The notes under the pieces: model-generated | What the model saw: the letters and a program-made list of their open reading frames with translations, nothing else | Databases searched by the model: none | What the model was told of the DNA's origin: nothing | Sequence record: PQ287642.1 | Direction: 5' to 3' (one strand) | DNA length: 64,000 nt | Shown here: piece after piece, positions 8,484-18,156 of the stretch | Numbering within the stretch: the first letter of the stretch is position 1 | Layout of the letters: every line of letters begins with the position of its first letter | Position numbers and translations under genes: made by a program

Positions 8484-8876
8484 TTACTTGAAGATACCAG
8501 CTTTGTAACCTTCGACGACCGCCTTCGCTTCCGATACTGACAGTTCGGGGATATTGCGACGAAGCGCCACCACCGCTTTGATGGTGTGTTCGGTATCGGC
8601 AACCTCACGCCAGTCGCCCTTACCGTTGGCCAGCTCTACGTCTTGGACGTACAGAGCAGCCTTGAGAAGAGCCATGTTACGTTCAATCGTCTTCATGTCC
8701 ATCTCCACGAGCTGTTGCAGGTGAGACAGAGACATATCGGACGCTTCACGAACATCATCCATGAACGAACGGTTGTCGGCGTTGTTCAGGATATCGCGAG
8801 TGAGGGTAGCCAGATTACCAGCCGTCGCGGTCAGGTTAACGAGGTGGCCAGCGTATTTCTGAGCAAGAGTAGTCAT
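8484..8876 (-). CDS. Early protein with C-terminal ribosomal bL12 (L7/L12) CTD-like motif
   Basis: The C-terminus TIKAVVALRRNIPELSVSEAKAVVEG resembles the bL12 CTD pattern KIxxIKxVRxxTGLGLKEAKxLVE. RBS AAGGAA. Confidence 0.6.
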   Translation of the reverse strand: MTTLAQKYAGHLVNLTATAGNLATLTRDILNNADNRSFMDDVREASDMSLSHLQQLVEMDMKTIERNMALLKAALYVQDVELANGKGDWREVADTEHTIKAVVALRRNIPELSVSEAKAVVEGYKAGIFK

Positions 8877-8912
8877 TGTATATTCCTTTCGTTGGGGTTG
8901 AATTTATGTTGA

Positions 8913-9608
8913 TTAGAAAAGTGCCGTACCTTTCCACTCGTTATCCCGCGGGGGAGTACCGAAGTGTTGAGTGTACAGATCGATGAAAACAATACGGTAG
9001 ACGTCACCGTATTCACCAGTGCGAAGCAAGCGTTCAATGAAAGAGGAGCGCCACATGGCGTCTATGACGTTTTGGGTCTCAGAGACCTGACGATGCAGCT
9101 CTTTCACTATCGTGCGATATACAGCCTTTTTGGCGGCTTCCTCGGCCTCTTTACGACGACGTTCCTCTGAGACAGCAAAGGCTTCACCGTAAGTAGCTTT
9201 ACCGAAAAGAATATCGCATGCTTCGGAAGCCGACATGGAATTGAATAGGCCCGATACAGCTGCCCATACGCCAGTCGGTGGAGTGGACTTCAGGATCTTA
9301 TTATAAGCATCCAGAGGAATTACGAACTCACGGAATTTTTCATCCGTAAGGTCCATCATTTTCCAGGTCTCTTCATTGGTATCACGTTCATGATATTTCC
9401 AACCAGTGGAGTTGGAAGCCGATCGAACCAGGTTCATCGGAACCCTACGGTGGAACATAGGTACGTGCGCGATATCGATAAGAGACTGGTTTGAACCTTC
9501 AGAAGAAATCATATCCAGCGAATTCTTGACGCCATAAACCTGGCAAAGGAAATCGATGGAGTACGTTACACCAATTGCTACGTCACGCGAGAGATCTTTG
9601 TTAAACAT
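8913..9608 (-). CDS. Hypothetical accessory protein
   Basis: Start revised to ATG 9608 (RBS AAGGA), overlapping the stop of the upstream gene. No motif recognised. Confidence 0.65.
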   Translation of the reverse strand: MFNKDLSRDVAIGVTYSIDFLCQVYGVKNSLDMISSEGSNQSLIDIAHVPMFHRRVPMNLVRSASNSTGWKYHERDTNEETWKMMDLTDEKFREFVIPLDAYNKILKSTPPTGVWAAVSGLFNSMSASEACDILFGKATYGEAFAVSEERRRKEAEEAAKKAVYRTIVKELHRQVSETQNVIDAMWRSSFIERLLRTGEYGDVYRIVFIDLYTQHFGTPPRDNEWKGTALF

Positions 9609-9957
9609 GAAATGTATCCTTAAAAAGATGTTTGTTAGCAAGTACAATGTAATTGCATTCTGTATGCAGTGCGATAGTACGATCTATTGTGTGGAGAAGG
9701 TCTCCAACTTCGTCGTCAGTCAGCGTACATGTCCATTGAGTCAATTGGATGTACCCGCCAACATCCTCTTTATAATGACCGTAAACAGTAGCATCTGGTC
9801 GGCCATTACGCATTACAAAGATGAAAGCGTCACCACTGATATCAAGATCATAGTAATGCCCATGCTCTGATCTCAGTGTAACAAACATCCGAGCGGGACA
9901 CCCTTTAATAAGGCGTATACGCTTAGCTAACCGATTGATACTGTCTACGTTAAACAT
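9601..9957 (-). CDS. Hypothetical accessory protein
   Basis: 118-aa ORF with RBS AAGGA, in a tightly packed early operon. Confidence 0.65.
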   Translation of the reverse strand: MFNVDSINRLAKRIRLIKGCPARMFVTLRSEHGHYYDLDISGDAFIFVMRNGRPDATVYGHYKEDVGGYIQLTQWTCTLTDDEVGDLLHTIDRTIALHTECNYIVLANKHLFKDTFHV

Positions 9958-9972
9958 GACTAGTCCTTGACG

Positions 9973-10284
9973 TTAAACGTCAGCGAGAAGCTCTTCGTAG
10001 CACTTACCTACATTCATGTCATGATAATCTTGTTCAGTGAGATCCTGACCAGAATCATATTTCATGAACGCGTGCAAGTATGCAGTTGAAACGGAGCGAG
10101 TGTTAAAGAACTTGGCATATACCAAGAACTTATCGAGGTCTTCTTTAGGATCGATACTACTTACTGCAAAATAAGAAAGGTCTCGTCCTGGAAGAGTCTG
10201 CTCGAAGCGATAGATTGCTATCGATTTGTTTTTGTCACCATCACGGTAACCACACTCAAGGAGTACATTGGTTTGAATATTCAT
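9973..10284 (-). CDS. Hypothetical early protein
   Basis: 103-aa ORF with RBS AAGGAA, first gene after the early promoter at 10322. Confidence 0.7.
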   Translation of the reverse strand: MNIQTNVLLECGYRDGDKNKSIAIYRFEQTLPGRDLSYFAVSSIDPKEDLDKFLVYAKFFNTRSVSTAYLHAFMKYDSGQDLTEQDYHDMNVGKCYEELLADV

Positions 10285-10321
10285 GGTAATTTCCTTTTAC
10301 ATAGGTAGTTTTATCACATTT

Positions 10322-10329
10322 GTAATATA
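10322..10329 (-). promoter_or_regulatory. phiKZ-type early promoter TATATTAC
   Basis: GTAATATA on +, AT-rich upstream (CATTTAAAGCATTTTAAA on -), 38 nt before ATG 10284. Confidence 0.78.
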
Positions 10330-10358
10330 GGGTTTAAAATGCTTTAAATGTAAGACAA

Positions 10359-10389
10359 CATAAAGCCTCCCAGAAGGGAGGCGTTTATA
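10359..10389 (-). terminator. CATA-stem-loop element (variant right arm TATA)
   Basis: CATA-AA-GCCTCCC-AGAA-GGGAGGC-GTT-TATA, directly after the stop at 10390. Confidence 0.65.
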
Positions 10390-10734
10390 TTAACACGATG
10401 CTCTTAGGACGTACGATGAACTACCAACTATAGCCTTCAACAGGGAGCGCCAGAGTTGTCCATTTAAACCTTCTAGGAGCTCCACCTTAACACCTTCTTC
10501 CCATTCTACTACAAGGACACGTGTTTCATTGATCGCCACCGTAAAGAGCGTTTTAGACCTAATATGAGGTACTTCTATACGTAGATCCCCCAACAACAAT
10601 CTCGCTTGCTCTTTAAACACATATTCAAACCGACTAGTGATGGCTGAAAGATCATGTCGGTAATGTGGTATAAGTAGGTAATAGAAGTTATCGAAGATAA
10701 TCTCCAGCAACTCTACTCTCTCTTTTTCGGTCAT
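10390..10734 (-). CDS. Hypothetical protein downstream of sbcC
   Basis: 114-aa ORF with RBS GGAG, 30 nt after the sbcC stop. Confidence 0.6.
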   Translation of the reverse strand: MTEKERVELLEIIFDNFYYLLIPHYRHDLSAITSRFEYVFKEQARLLLGDLRIEVPHIRSKTLFTVAINETRVLVVEWEEGVKVELLEGLNGQLWRSLLKAIVGSSSYVLRASC

Positions 10735-10764
10735 TTGATAGACTCCAAACAGATTACCTTGTAC

Positions 10765-13257
10765 TCACTTGATAACTACGTTCTTGTTATAAGCTTCAGG
10801 TACGGTGATATTAGTTGGGTTAATAACAACTACTTCTGCATTATTGAAAGCACCATGAGTAGACTGGAAGTGGCTGATAAAGAACACTTGTTTAAATTGA
10901 CCGTTCTCGATAAGACGAGAGATAAACGGGATTAAGTTTGCGCGGTGTTGTTCATCAAACGTACGACCAAATTCATCAAGATACAATGGCATGTCTTCAA
11001 GACCGAGGAACTTCAGAATAGCCATCTTGAATGCAAAGTTAACGATTTCCAATTGACTATCGGAACCATACGAAATGTCAGGTGCCATTACTTGACCACC
11101 TGCTACTTTGAGAGGGAAGTTGTAGTCTAACTCCTCCTTTTCAACTTTAGAAGGTAGTACTTCCATTGGGTATGTCCACACCTCGTCAATGAATGCATTG
11201 ACAATGTAAGTAACACCCTGCAAGAAGCCAAGCATATATCGACCCAACAATCCGCCGTTTGGAGATAACGACTTAATTAGAATACCAAGATCGCTATGTA
11301 CTTCAGTAGCATTTGTTACTTCGTTTTCAAGCGTACGTATGGTCGTTTCACGTTGTTCCATCTGTGTGAGCTGTCGCGTTGTTTCAGCGAGTTTTACCTG
11401 GATGGTTCCTATCTCTTCGGTATAGGCTCTATCAAGCAAATACTCCGAATGACGCTCTACTTTATCTTTCCACATTTCATAACGGTCCAGGACATCATGG
11501 ATACGTTTATTGTTACGTAGAATAGATTGTTCACCAGACCGTAGATCTTGCATGTACTGATTGATATCTGAAGCTTTAACATACATGATGTTAATTTCAG
11601 TTTCCAATTCTTCGGCGCGGCGTTTCATATAACCGATTGCATCTTGGTCTATCTCAGCGATAACTTTAAGACGTTTCTCGATATTAGTAGCAAGCTCTAG
11701 TTCAGTACGGGATTTGACATAACTCCGCATGGCTGTATGCCATTGCAAAGCATCAGTCTTATGCAATGCAGGAGTCCGATACATTGTCATGTTAGTTGCA
11801 CAGTAATCCCACAGTTCATTAAACTCTGGGTAGTCTTTCGTCAAAGACATGTACTGGAAAACATAACTTGAATAGTCCTGGAATTTCTCAAGATATTCTT
11901 CGTTCTCTTTTTGTTCTGCTTCGATACGATCGATAGCTTCGTGGAGTTTAACTTTAGAAGCTTCAAGCATATTCGTTTCAGATGGATCTACACCAGGTTT
12001 AAATTCATGGGTACAAGATGGACATACCACAGATTCACAACCTTTCAAACGCGACAACCTGGAATTAGCCTGCTCGATTTTATCTGAGACTTGTGCGTAA
12101 ATATTCCTAAGTTCTTTCTGACGGTTCTGTCGTTTGGTTGCTTCTTCCCGATTCATCCAACCGTCACCGTTATCAGGGAAACTAGTTAACAGATCAAACC
12201 ATCGGTCGAACATTCCATCCAACTTACAAATAGGATCAGCACCGGCTGTATTAAACTTAATAATTGGAAATTGACCAGTATAAGTTTTCATCGAGTTAAT
12301 ACACGATTCAACATTCGCCAGATTCGCAGCATGTTGTTGTTTCAATGCATTAACATCATCTTCCGATATTTCAATCGCCGATGGAGAGTTAGTACGAAGC
12401 TTTTCTAGTTCTTCTGCAAGACGATTAATCACTGCATTGATCGAAGAGTATTGCTCCGATACCCGATTGAATTCTGCCTGGAATTCTCCATGGTTAGCTA
12501 CACGAATAGCGGCCGGTAACATTGGATAATCACGTAGGCAAGCGCGTGCATCATTCAGAATAGATTCGAGTTCGTTTTCAGCTTGTTGCACATTCTGGAA
12601 AGCAGGTCGAACATCATTTTGCTTTTCTTGGAAGAGTTTATTCAATCGCTTAGTAAGACGAGAGGTCTCTTCACGCATCAGTGTCATTTCACTATCACTA
12701 AAGATATCATGATTTTCAGTGACTAGGCGTTTTGTGATTAGATCGATGACACCTTTCTGACTGCGATGTTCCTGTTTAATGTCTCTGTATACATCTAACG
12801 CATAAGTCAAATCAACAGTTGACATCCGCGTAAGAATCTCGCGGCGCTTTGCTGTAGACATAGCGGTAAATTTAACTCGACCAGTTGCAATCTCATGGAT
12901 TTCACGCGTAAGTCCAAACTCTTGTAGACAGAGTTCTTCTTGGATTTTATATGTACCGCCGCTATTCAACTCTTCATTATCCCGTTTGAAAGAGTGACGA
13001 CCAGTACCATGACCATATACCGAATGAAGTACATAAAGGCTTCCATTATGGTAGCAATGGAATTCTTTAAAACCATCTTTATCAAAGTTTGTATGTCGAG
13101 ATGGCAATGGAGTTAGTTCATCCATAACTGACGATTTACCCGAACCATTAGAACCGAGTATAATCATCATGTTCTTAGTGGGAGTCCATTCGAAGAATTG
13201 GATATTTGCCGTCATAAGTCGTTTGAATTTTTTCAAACGCAGTAGAGTGATTTGCAT
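10765..13257 (-). CDS. sbcC: SbcC/Rad50-like SMC ATPase (phiKZ gp165-like)
   Basis: Walker A GSNGSGKSS, long coiled coils, central zinc hook CPSC, signature-like ISYGSDSQ, Walker B LYLDEFG and H-loop FISH. Confidence 0.92.
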   Translation of the reverse strand: MQITLLRLKKFKRLMTANIQFFEWTPTKNMMIILGSNGSGKSSVMDELTPLPSRHTNFDKDGFKEFHCYHNGSLYVLHSVYGHGTGRHSFKRDNEELNSGGTYKIQEELCLQEFGLTREIHEIATGRVKFTAMSTAKRREILTRMSTVDLTYALDVYRDIKQEHRSQKGVIDLITKRLVTENHDIFSDSEMTLMREETSRLTKRLNKLFQEKQNDVRPAFQNVQQAENELESILNDARACLRDYPMLPAAIRVANHGEFQAEFNRVSEQYSSINAVINRLAEELEKLRTNSPSAIEISEDDVNALKQQHAANLANVESCINSMKTYTGQFPIIKFNTAGADPICKLDGMFDRWFDLLTSFPDNGDGWMNREEATKRQNRQKELRNIYAQVSDKIEQANSRLSRLKGCESVVCPSCTHEFKPGVDPSETNMLEASKVKLHEAIDRIEAEQKENEEYLEKFQDYSSYVFQYMSLTKDYPEFNELWDYCATNMTMYRTPALHKTDALQWHTAMRSYVKSRTELELATNIEKRLKVIAEIDQDAIGYMKRRAEELETEINIMYVKASDINQYMQDLRSGEQSILRNNKRIHDVLDRYEMWKDKVERHSEYLLDRAYTEEIGTIQVKLAETTRQLTQMEQRETTIRTLENEVTNATEVHSDLGILIKSLSPNGGLLGRYMLGFLQGVTYIVNAFIDEVWTYPMEVLPSKVEKEELDYNFPLKVAGGQVMAPDISYGSDSQLEIVNFAFKMAILKFLGLEDMPLYLDEFGRTFDEQHRANLIPFISRLIENGQFKQVFFISHFQSTHGAFNNAEVVVINPTNITVPEAYNKNVVIK

Positions 13258-13305
13258 TGGTAAGCCCTTAAAATCGTACGTTACCCTATAGAACTAAGGT
13301 TACCA

Positions 13306-13314
13306 GTAATTATT
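13306..13314 (-). promoter_or_regulatory. Middle-promoter-like motif AATAATTAC upstream of sbcC
   Basis: Approximate match to the phiKZ middle consensus AAanntTAC, ~50 nt before ATG 13257. Confidence 0.4.
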
Positions 13315-13325
13315 CAGAGGAACAT

Positions 13326-14135
13326 ATGGAAGCTTCAATTTTCAAATTAGTAAGTATTGGTAGAGTAGCTGCAAACAAAGAACGTTCTTCAAGACATGTG
13401 GACGTTTTACCTGTAGAGCTCGCCACTGGTACTGATGGTGAAGTAACGTTTGATCCATTGCAGGAAACACTACAAGGTTTCGATGCCGAGGGTAATCAGT
13501 ATAATGTTAAAGCTACTACAACTAGAACGACTAACTGTGAATGGCTACCGAACGAAGACAACCGTGTTACTCCACCAGATGTACGTCGTAACGAGATCGT
13601 AGAGATTTGGCGAATGGGAGACACCGATCAGTACTATTGGCGGTGTATGGGTCTTCGTAACAATCTTCGTACATTAGAATCCGTTGTATTTGCATGGAAT
13701 GCTTCGCCCAAACCTGGTGGTGGTGGTATCGATTTTAGCACGTGTTATTTCATGGCTATATCAGCACATGACAAACACTGGACAATCGGTACATCTAAAG
13801 CAAATGGAGAACCTTTCGCATACACATTCCAAATCAATACTGATTATGGCGCAGTCTATATTAAAGACGATGTTGGTCAGCTTATAGAACTTGATTCAAC
13901 TGAACGACGTGTACAATTAATAAACTCGGACAACTCTTTTGTTAAGGTAGAACGGCAATGGATCGAAATGTCTGCGGATGATCATATCAAAATGACCGTG
14001 GGCGGAACAACTCTTGAGCTGCGACCAGATTCGATTAACAGTAATACGTCTAATACTACACTAACGAGTAGTGGGACACATACAACTGTGGCGGGTCACA
14101 TTATCGAACAAACTGGAAGATGGGATATTGTCTAA
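13326..14135 (+). CDS. Central tail spike / baseplate hub-spike (phiKZ gp164-like; gp5/VgrG OB-fold plus beta-helix)
   Basis: N-terminal OB-fold-like region ([26 protein letters not shown]) and a C-terminal beta-strand repeat rich in S/T. Translationally coupled (TAATG) to a PAAR gene. Confidence 0.75.
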   Translation: MEASIFKLVSIGRVAANKERSSRHVDVLPVELATGTDGEVTFDPLQETLQGFDAEGNQYNVKATTTRTTNCEWLPNEDNRVTPPDVRRNEIVEIWRMGDTDQYYWRCMGLRNNLRTLESVVFAWNASPKPGGGGIDFSTCYFMAISAHDKHWTIGTSKANGEPFAYTFQINTDYGAVYIKDDVGQLIELDSTERRVQLINSDNSFVKVERQWIEMSADDHIKMTVGGTTLELRPDSINSNTSNTTLTSSGTHTTVAGHIIEQTGRWDIV

Positions 14136-14401
14136 TGCCTGGTATAGCTGTTTGTAATATAGATTCTGCTGGTGGAACAATAAGACCAAGTGGTAATTCA
14201 ACCGGCTTCTATAAAGGTAATCCAATTGCTGTATTAGGTGATCCCGTAGATGGTCATGGGCGATCCCCACATAACAGCGCAAACATGGTACAAGCTTCAA
14301 CGAAAGCTTTTATTAAAGGCGTGCCAATTGTTCTGCAAGGAATGTCCGCTAGCTGTGGTCATACTGCAACCGGTAGACCCGATGCGACTAGTAGCGGTTG
14401 A
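14135..14401 (+). CDS. PAAR-repeat spike-tip protein
   Basis: Start revised to ATG 14135. [22 protein letters not shown] and SCGH give the PAAR pattern with His/His/Cys metal ligands. Confidence 0.88.
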   Translation: MPGIAVCNIDSAGGTIRPSGNSTGFYKGNPIAVLGDPVDGHGRSPHNSANMVQASTKAFIKGVPIVLQGMSASCGHTATGRPDATSSG

Positions 14402-14404
14402 CAA

Positions 14405-14438
14405 CATAAAGCCCCTACCGAATGGTAGGGGCGATATG
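14405..14438. terminator. CATA-stem-loop-TATG element between convergent genes
   Basis: CATA-AA-GCCCCTACC-GAAT-GGTAGGGGC-GA-TATG between the stops at 14401 (+) and 14442 (-). Confidence 0.75.
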
Positions 14439-14441
14439 CCG

Positions 14442-15626
14442 TTATACGCCTTCAGCTTCGTAATGCTTGATGCAATGACTAATGAAAGTCAAATACACAT
14501 TAAGCGATACAGCCAGCCAGTGAGTATAGAAACCCATTGGTTCAGCTAACTTCTTCGAAATCTCGCCGATAATAGAGAGAACAGAATTATAGGATTTACC
14601 TGCCTCTTCACCCGCTTCAGCGATCTGTCGAATAGCGTCGTCTACAACTACTTTGACCGTGGAGAAGTCCCGCTGACCCGTTTCAGCTTTCTCTGCTAGA
14701 GAAAGGATGCTGGAGATCAACTGAGTGATCTCACTAAGAGTACGGACAGAAGGTACATCAATCTCACGTTCAGAACGGTCAGCTACATTTAGCTGTAGCT
14801 CAGCGAACTGCATTGTAAACGAACGTCTTACAACATCCTCGTTAGCGACTTTACTATTATTCAACATCTGACTGATAACGTCAGGTGGTGTATAGATGAA
14901 CGCTACGTTGCCAGGTAGGACAACCGAACGATGGACACCTTTTTCCGCAGTAGTCAGTTCTCTCTGTTGGAGAGGGGCATGACCAGGCGGAGGGGTAAAA
15001 TCACGTTGGAGGATATTTGCAAATGCTTCTACAACCTCACCAGCTACTTCATTAGAGCTAGCATCCTTAGATTTATCCAAGATATTCAGGAACTGTCGAG
15101 AACTGTTCCGTGCAATCTTTGCAACCGATTTAGGATAATGGTTGAGAATGTAGTTGGTTAGATCTTTGATGTCGTTCAAGTGGTTAAGGTCTAACCCCAC
15201 GAAGTTACCATCAATAGATAGACGTTGTACACCAGCTACAGACATTTTCTGGTAAGTAGTTGCCGAGCCTAGTTTACCTAAGCGTCGACTAATGCTTTCT
15301 TGTGTGCGACGAACACGACGAATGCTACCGGTGAATTTGACGTAGAAAGAGTTAAGCAATTCCCAGATGTAGCGGACAATATCGCGGGTGGCTTTCGCCG
15401 CCGCGATAATGCCTTCTTTGATTGCTCTCAGAGTAATTTTAGAACCTTCTTTGATATCAAAGTCAGGGTCAATACTCTCAAGGGCTACCGAGATAACATC
15501 AGCAGTAGCCCCTGTTACAACGTCACGTCCAGCTAGCAGATCGCGGTAGCGCTCTAGAGAAGAACCAAGACGCTGAATCTTACTCAGGTCTTCAGATACT
15601 TCATTCCATTGTGCCAGATAGGACAT
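14442..15626 (-). CDS. Internal head / inner-body paralogue (phiKZ gp163-like)
   Basis: Start revised to ATG 15626 (RBS AGGGTG). VALES is a maturation-type site. It shares the motif (F/W)xxFTxxxxRxxxxxxxxxxxxGxL..KMSVAGVQRLSIDGNFVG with 15637-17397. Confidence 0.7.
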   Translation of the reverse strand: MSYLAQWNEVSEDLSKIQRLGSSLERYRDLLAGRDVVTGATADVISVALESIDPDFDIKEGSKITLRAIKEGIIAAAKATRDIVRYIWELLNSFYVKFTGSIRRVRRTQESISRRLGKLGSATTYQKMSVAGVQRLSIDGNFVGLDLNHLNDIKDLTNYILNHYPKSVAKIARNSSRQFLNILDKSKDASSNEVAGEVVEAFANILQRDFTPPPGHAPLQQRELTTAEKGVHRSVVLPGNVAFIYTPPDVISQMLNNSKVANEDVVRRSFTMQFAELQLNVADRSEREIDVPSVRTLSEITQLISSILSLAEKAETGQRDFSTVKVVVDDAIRQIAEAGEEAGKSYNSVLSIIGEISKKLAEPMGFYTHWLAVSLNVYLTFISHCIKHYEAEGV

Positions 15627-15636
15627 GCTTTCACCC

Positions 15637-17397
15637 TTAGGCTTTCTCGCCTTCGATAACATCACCATGTTCAGCTTTCAGCATGGCTTCAATAACAGCG
15701 ATTTCAGCTTTAACCAGGTTCAGGCAATAACCTGTAAACAGATGGTTAGCATTAGCAGTTTGACGAGCCAGAGTAATGGCAAGCAGACTGGAAATAGCCG
15801 AGTTCTCATCACCGGTCATCAGTGCACCAAACAGGAAGCTAGATCCTTTCTGGTTAATCCGTTGGGCGAGTTCATTCAGCTTGCTACGACCTTCAACAGC
15901 TGCTTCAACTTTATTGATCAGTTGCTCGGTAGCGCGAATAACAGAAACTGCTTCACCAGCAGACATCGTTTTGATGGTATCGGCACCACCATAGCTATCG
16001 CCACCCGGAATAACCGAGAAGTTGATATTAATAGCGTTGTTGAAGTTGAAAGTCTTATCGGCTGCGTAATCGGTGTTCACACCAACGAACATTGCACGGT
16101 TACCCGGAAGAACTTCGGACATATGAACCGAGGTGCTATTCAACATACCACTCGGAACTTTATCTTTCTCGTTGGAATTAACGTTCTTGAATCCACGGAA
16201 GGAGTTAGACAGAATGTCATCGATCGCATCGAGCATTTCAGGAGCGAGACCGCTTTGAACGCCGAAGTAGTAAGTAGATTTATCATCAAACTTCTTCAGA
16301 ATTTCAGCAAGTTTGCTCGGCCAGTTGATGAGAACGATATCAGCGGTATTCTCAACACGCTTAATAGCTTCAGGACTATCGCCAACGAATTCTTTACCAA
16401 TGGACAGACGTTGCAGACCACCAATCTTAATCTGCTTACCACCATCAAGAGTACCTACTTTACTACGGAGAGTACGCAGACGTTCTTTCAGTTTGGTAGC
16501 ATCTTGAGTAAAGGAGCGCCAGAAGTCCATCAATGCGTTGAAGATACGCATCAGAACATTACGGGCTGCTTCCAGCAAAGACTTCATCTTAGCAGTGAGT
16601 TTGCTTTCAGTAGCATCGCGAGCAGAAGTATGCTTATCGCTGTCGTCAAGTTCTTCAACGGATACCACGGTATCAGAGAAGAAATCAGGATCAATCATTT
16701 CCAGACCGACACGCATCGACTCAGCCAGCTCGTTAGTAACTTCATAGCCGTTTTCACGCATGCCACGCAGGATACCAAGATAACGCTCAACGGAAGCTTT
16801 GGCGTTTTCAATGTCGCCCATATCCGAAGCAATCTCGTTTACAACGGCACCTTTGGCATCAGTAGCGGATGTAAGGCCATCGGCAGTAAGAGCTTCAACA
16901 GCTTCATCGATGTCCTGCACCATGTCGTCAGCTTCGCCAACGGATTCAGTTTCACCAGATTCGATGGTATCGAGACCATCAGTGTGTTCTTCTACAGAAG
17001 TAGTGGTAGCGACGTTATCATCGTCAGCCGATACTTCGTCATGTGCAGAACCAACATCACCAAGACCAGTTTGGTCAACGGCGGTTACGTGATTCTCAAC
17101 GGTGTCCGAAGTATGAACATTGGTCACATCTACAGTTTCGGCAGTACCATCGCCACCACCTTCAGTGGGACCTGGTTCACTAGTCTGTGTGTTAGTGACC
17201 GAAGCATCAACATTATCAGCATCAGGCTTTTCGCCCTCATCACTCTTCAGTTGAGGTTCGAGATCTTTCTTGCCTTCCAGATCCACGTTCTGATCGGAGG
17301 CTTCAGTGACAGTACCAGCAGCTTTGTTCTCTACTTCTTCAGTAATGGATTCGTTAGAGATGCTACGGCACAGATCGAAAAGGTTAGCGCGGGCCAT
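15637..17397 (-). CDS. Internal head / inner-body protein with acidic propeptide (phiKZ gp162-like)
   Basis: The N-terminal ~250 aa are very D/E/T-rich with many S/A/G-x-E sites, ending at VSVEE. The mature part has KQIKIGGLQRLSIGKEFVG, shared with the paralogue at 14442. Confidence 0.72.
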   Translation of the reverse strand: MARANLFDLCRSISNESITEEVENKAAGTVTEASDQNVDLEGKKDLEPQLKSDEGEKPDADNVDASVTNTQTSEPGPTEGGGDGTAETVDVTNVHTSDTVENHVTAVDQTGLGDVGSAHDEVSADDDNVATTTSVEEHTDGLDTIESGETESVGEADDMVQDIDEAVEALTADGLTSATDAKGAVVNEIASDMGDIENAKASVERYLGILRGMRENGYEVTNELAESMRVGLEMIDPDFFSDTVVSVEELDDSDKHTSARDATESKLTAKMKSLLEAARNVLMRIFNALMDFWRSFTQDATKLKERLRTLRSKVGTLDGGKQIKIGGLQRLSIGKEFVGDSPEAIKRVENTADIVLINWPSKLAEILKKFDDKSTYYFGVQSGLAPEMLDAIDDILSNSFRGFKNVNSNEKDKVPSGMLNSTSVHMSEVLPGNRAMFVGVNTDYAADKTFNFNNAININFSVIPGGDSYGGADTIKTMSAGEAVSVIRATEQLINKVEAAVEGRSKLNELAQRINQKGSSFLFGALMTGDENSAISSLLAITLARQTANANHLFTGYCLNLVKAEIAVIEAMLKAEHGDVIEGEKA

Positions 17398-17450
17398 TTA
17401 TATACTCCACAATTGCGGGGGATTTCGTGAGTTTAAACTACATAAGGTTG

Positions 17451-18080
17451 TTAAGGCAGCAGGTTGTTATCCTTGATGATTTTCTCAAGAATAAGGTTCT
17501 GTTGCTTTAAAATAGAGTTGGCATTTTCCAGTTCAAGTAGACGAGCATAATCTGTCGTACGATTCTTGATCTTACCTTGTCGTGCTGCCTCACGTGTTTC
17601 GTGGACGGCTGGTGTTACAGCATCTGACAACGGCATAATGCCAAAGTGGACTTCTGGATTAACACCGATAGTATCACTAACTGCATTCGCAGCAGCATTA
17701 GCGGCTGTATCTAGAATTACGTCATCTGGCAATGCACCAAGCGACAGAGTCATGATGACTTGGTTGTATGGCTTAGAGCTAAGATCAGGATAAGATTTGA
17801 TGTAGCTCGATGGTACATAAACAGGTGGGAATTTAGGTGACAGCAACGTTACGATTACATGACCTTGCTGTCGATCTGTTGCGACGCGTGCCTCGTCGAT
17901 TTTCCAAGGCTTGTAATAAAGGTCATAAACTGAACGACCATTATTTTCTACATCCTCGAAGTAGCGGATAGCACCGCATTCGTAAAGTTCAGCTGCTTCC
18001 AATACTTTATCAAACGGAGGTAGAAGAACATATAGTCCCTTTGTACCAATTGGAGGGACCATTAAATTGTTAGTGGCCAT
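17451..18080 (-). CDS. Conserved virion-associated protein (gp161-like)
   Basis: 209-aa ORF (PPIGTKG..., C-terminal coiled coil). TATG site at 18085-18088. Assignment is by synteny. Confidence 0.55.
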   Translation of the reverse strand: MATNNLMVPPIGTKGLYVLLPPFDKVLEAAELYECGAIRYFEDVENNGRSVYDLYYKPWKIDEARVATDRQQGHVIVTLLSPKFPPVYVPSSYIKSYPDLSSKPYNQVIMTLSLGALPDDVILDTAANAAANAVSDTIGVNPEVHFGIMPLSDAVTPAVHETREAARQGKIKNRTTDYARLLELENANSILKQQNLILEKIIKDNNLLP

Positions 18081-18130
18081 GTATCATACTCACTATTGAA
18101 TTGTCATGTAATTGGTAATGAAAGTAAAGA

Positions 18131-18152
18131 GTGGCTCGGTTAACCGAGCCAC
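18131..18152 (-). terminator. Perfect 22-bp palindrome/hairpin terminator
   Basis: GTGGCTCGG-TTAA-CCGAGCCAC, followed on - by TCTTTACTTTC, 5 nt after the stop at 18157. Confidence 0.7.
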
Positions 18153-18156
18153 ATTC

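Noticed and set aside
10765-13257. sbcC without an adjacent sbcD/Mre11 nuclease
   Set aside because: The partner is probably encoded elsewhere in this large genome. Absence from a 64-kb window is uninformative.
15625-17430. 601-aa antisense ORF over the gp162-like gene
   Set aside because: It is an exact-register shadow of a highly expressed gene that avoids TTA/CTA/TCA codons. Composition is S/T/F/I/N-rich with no motifs, RBS or promoter.
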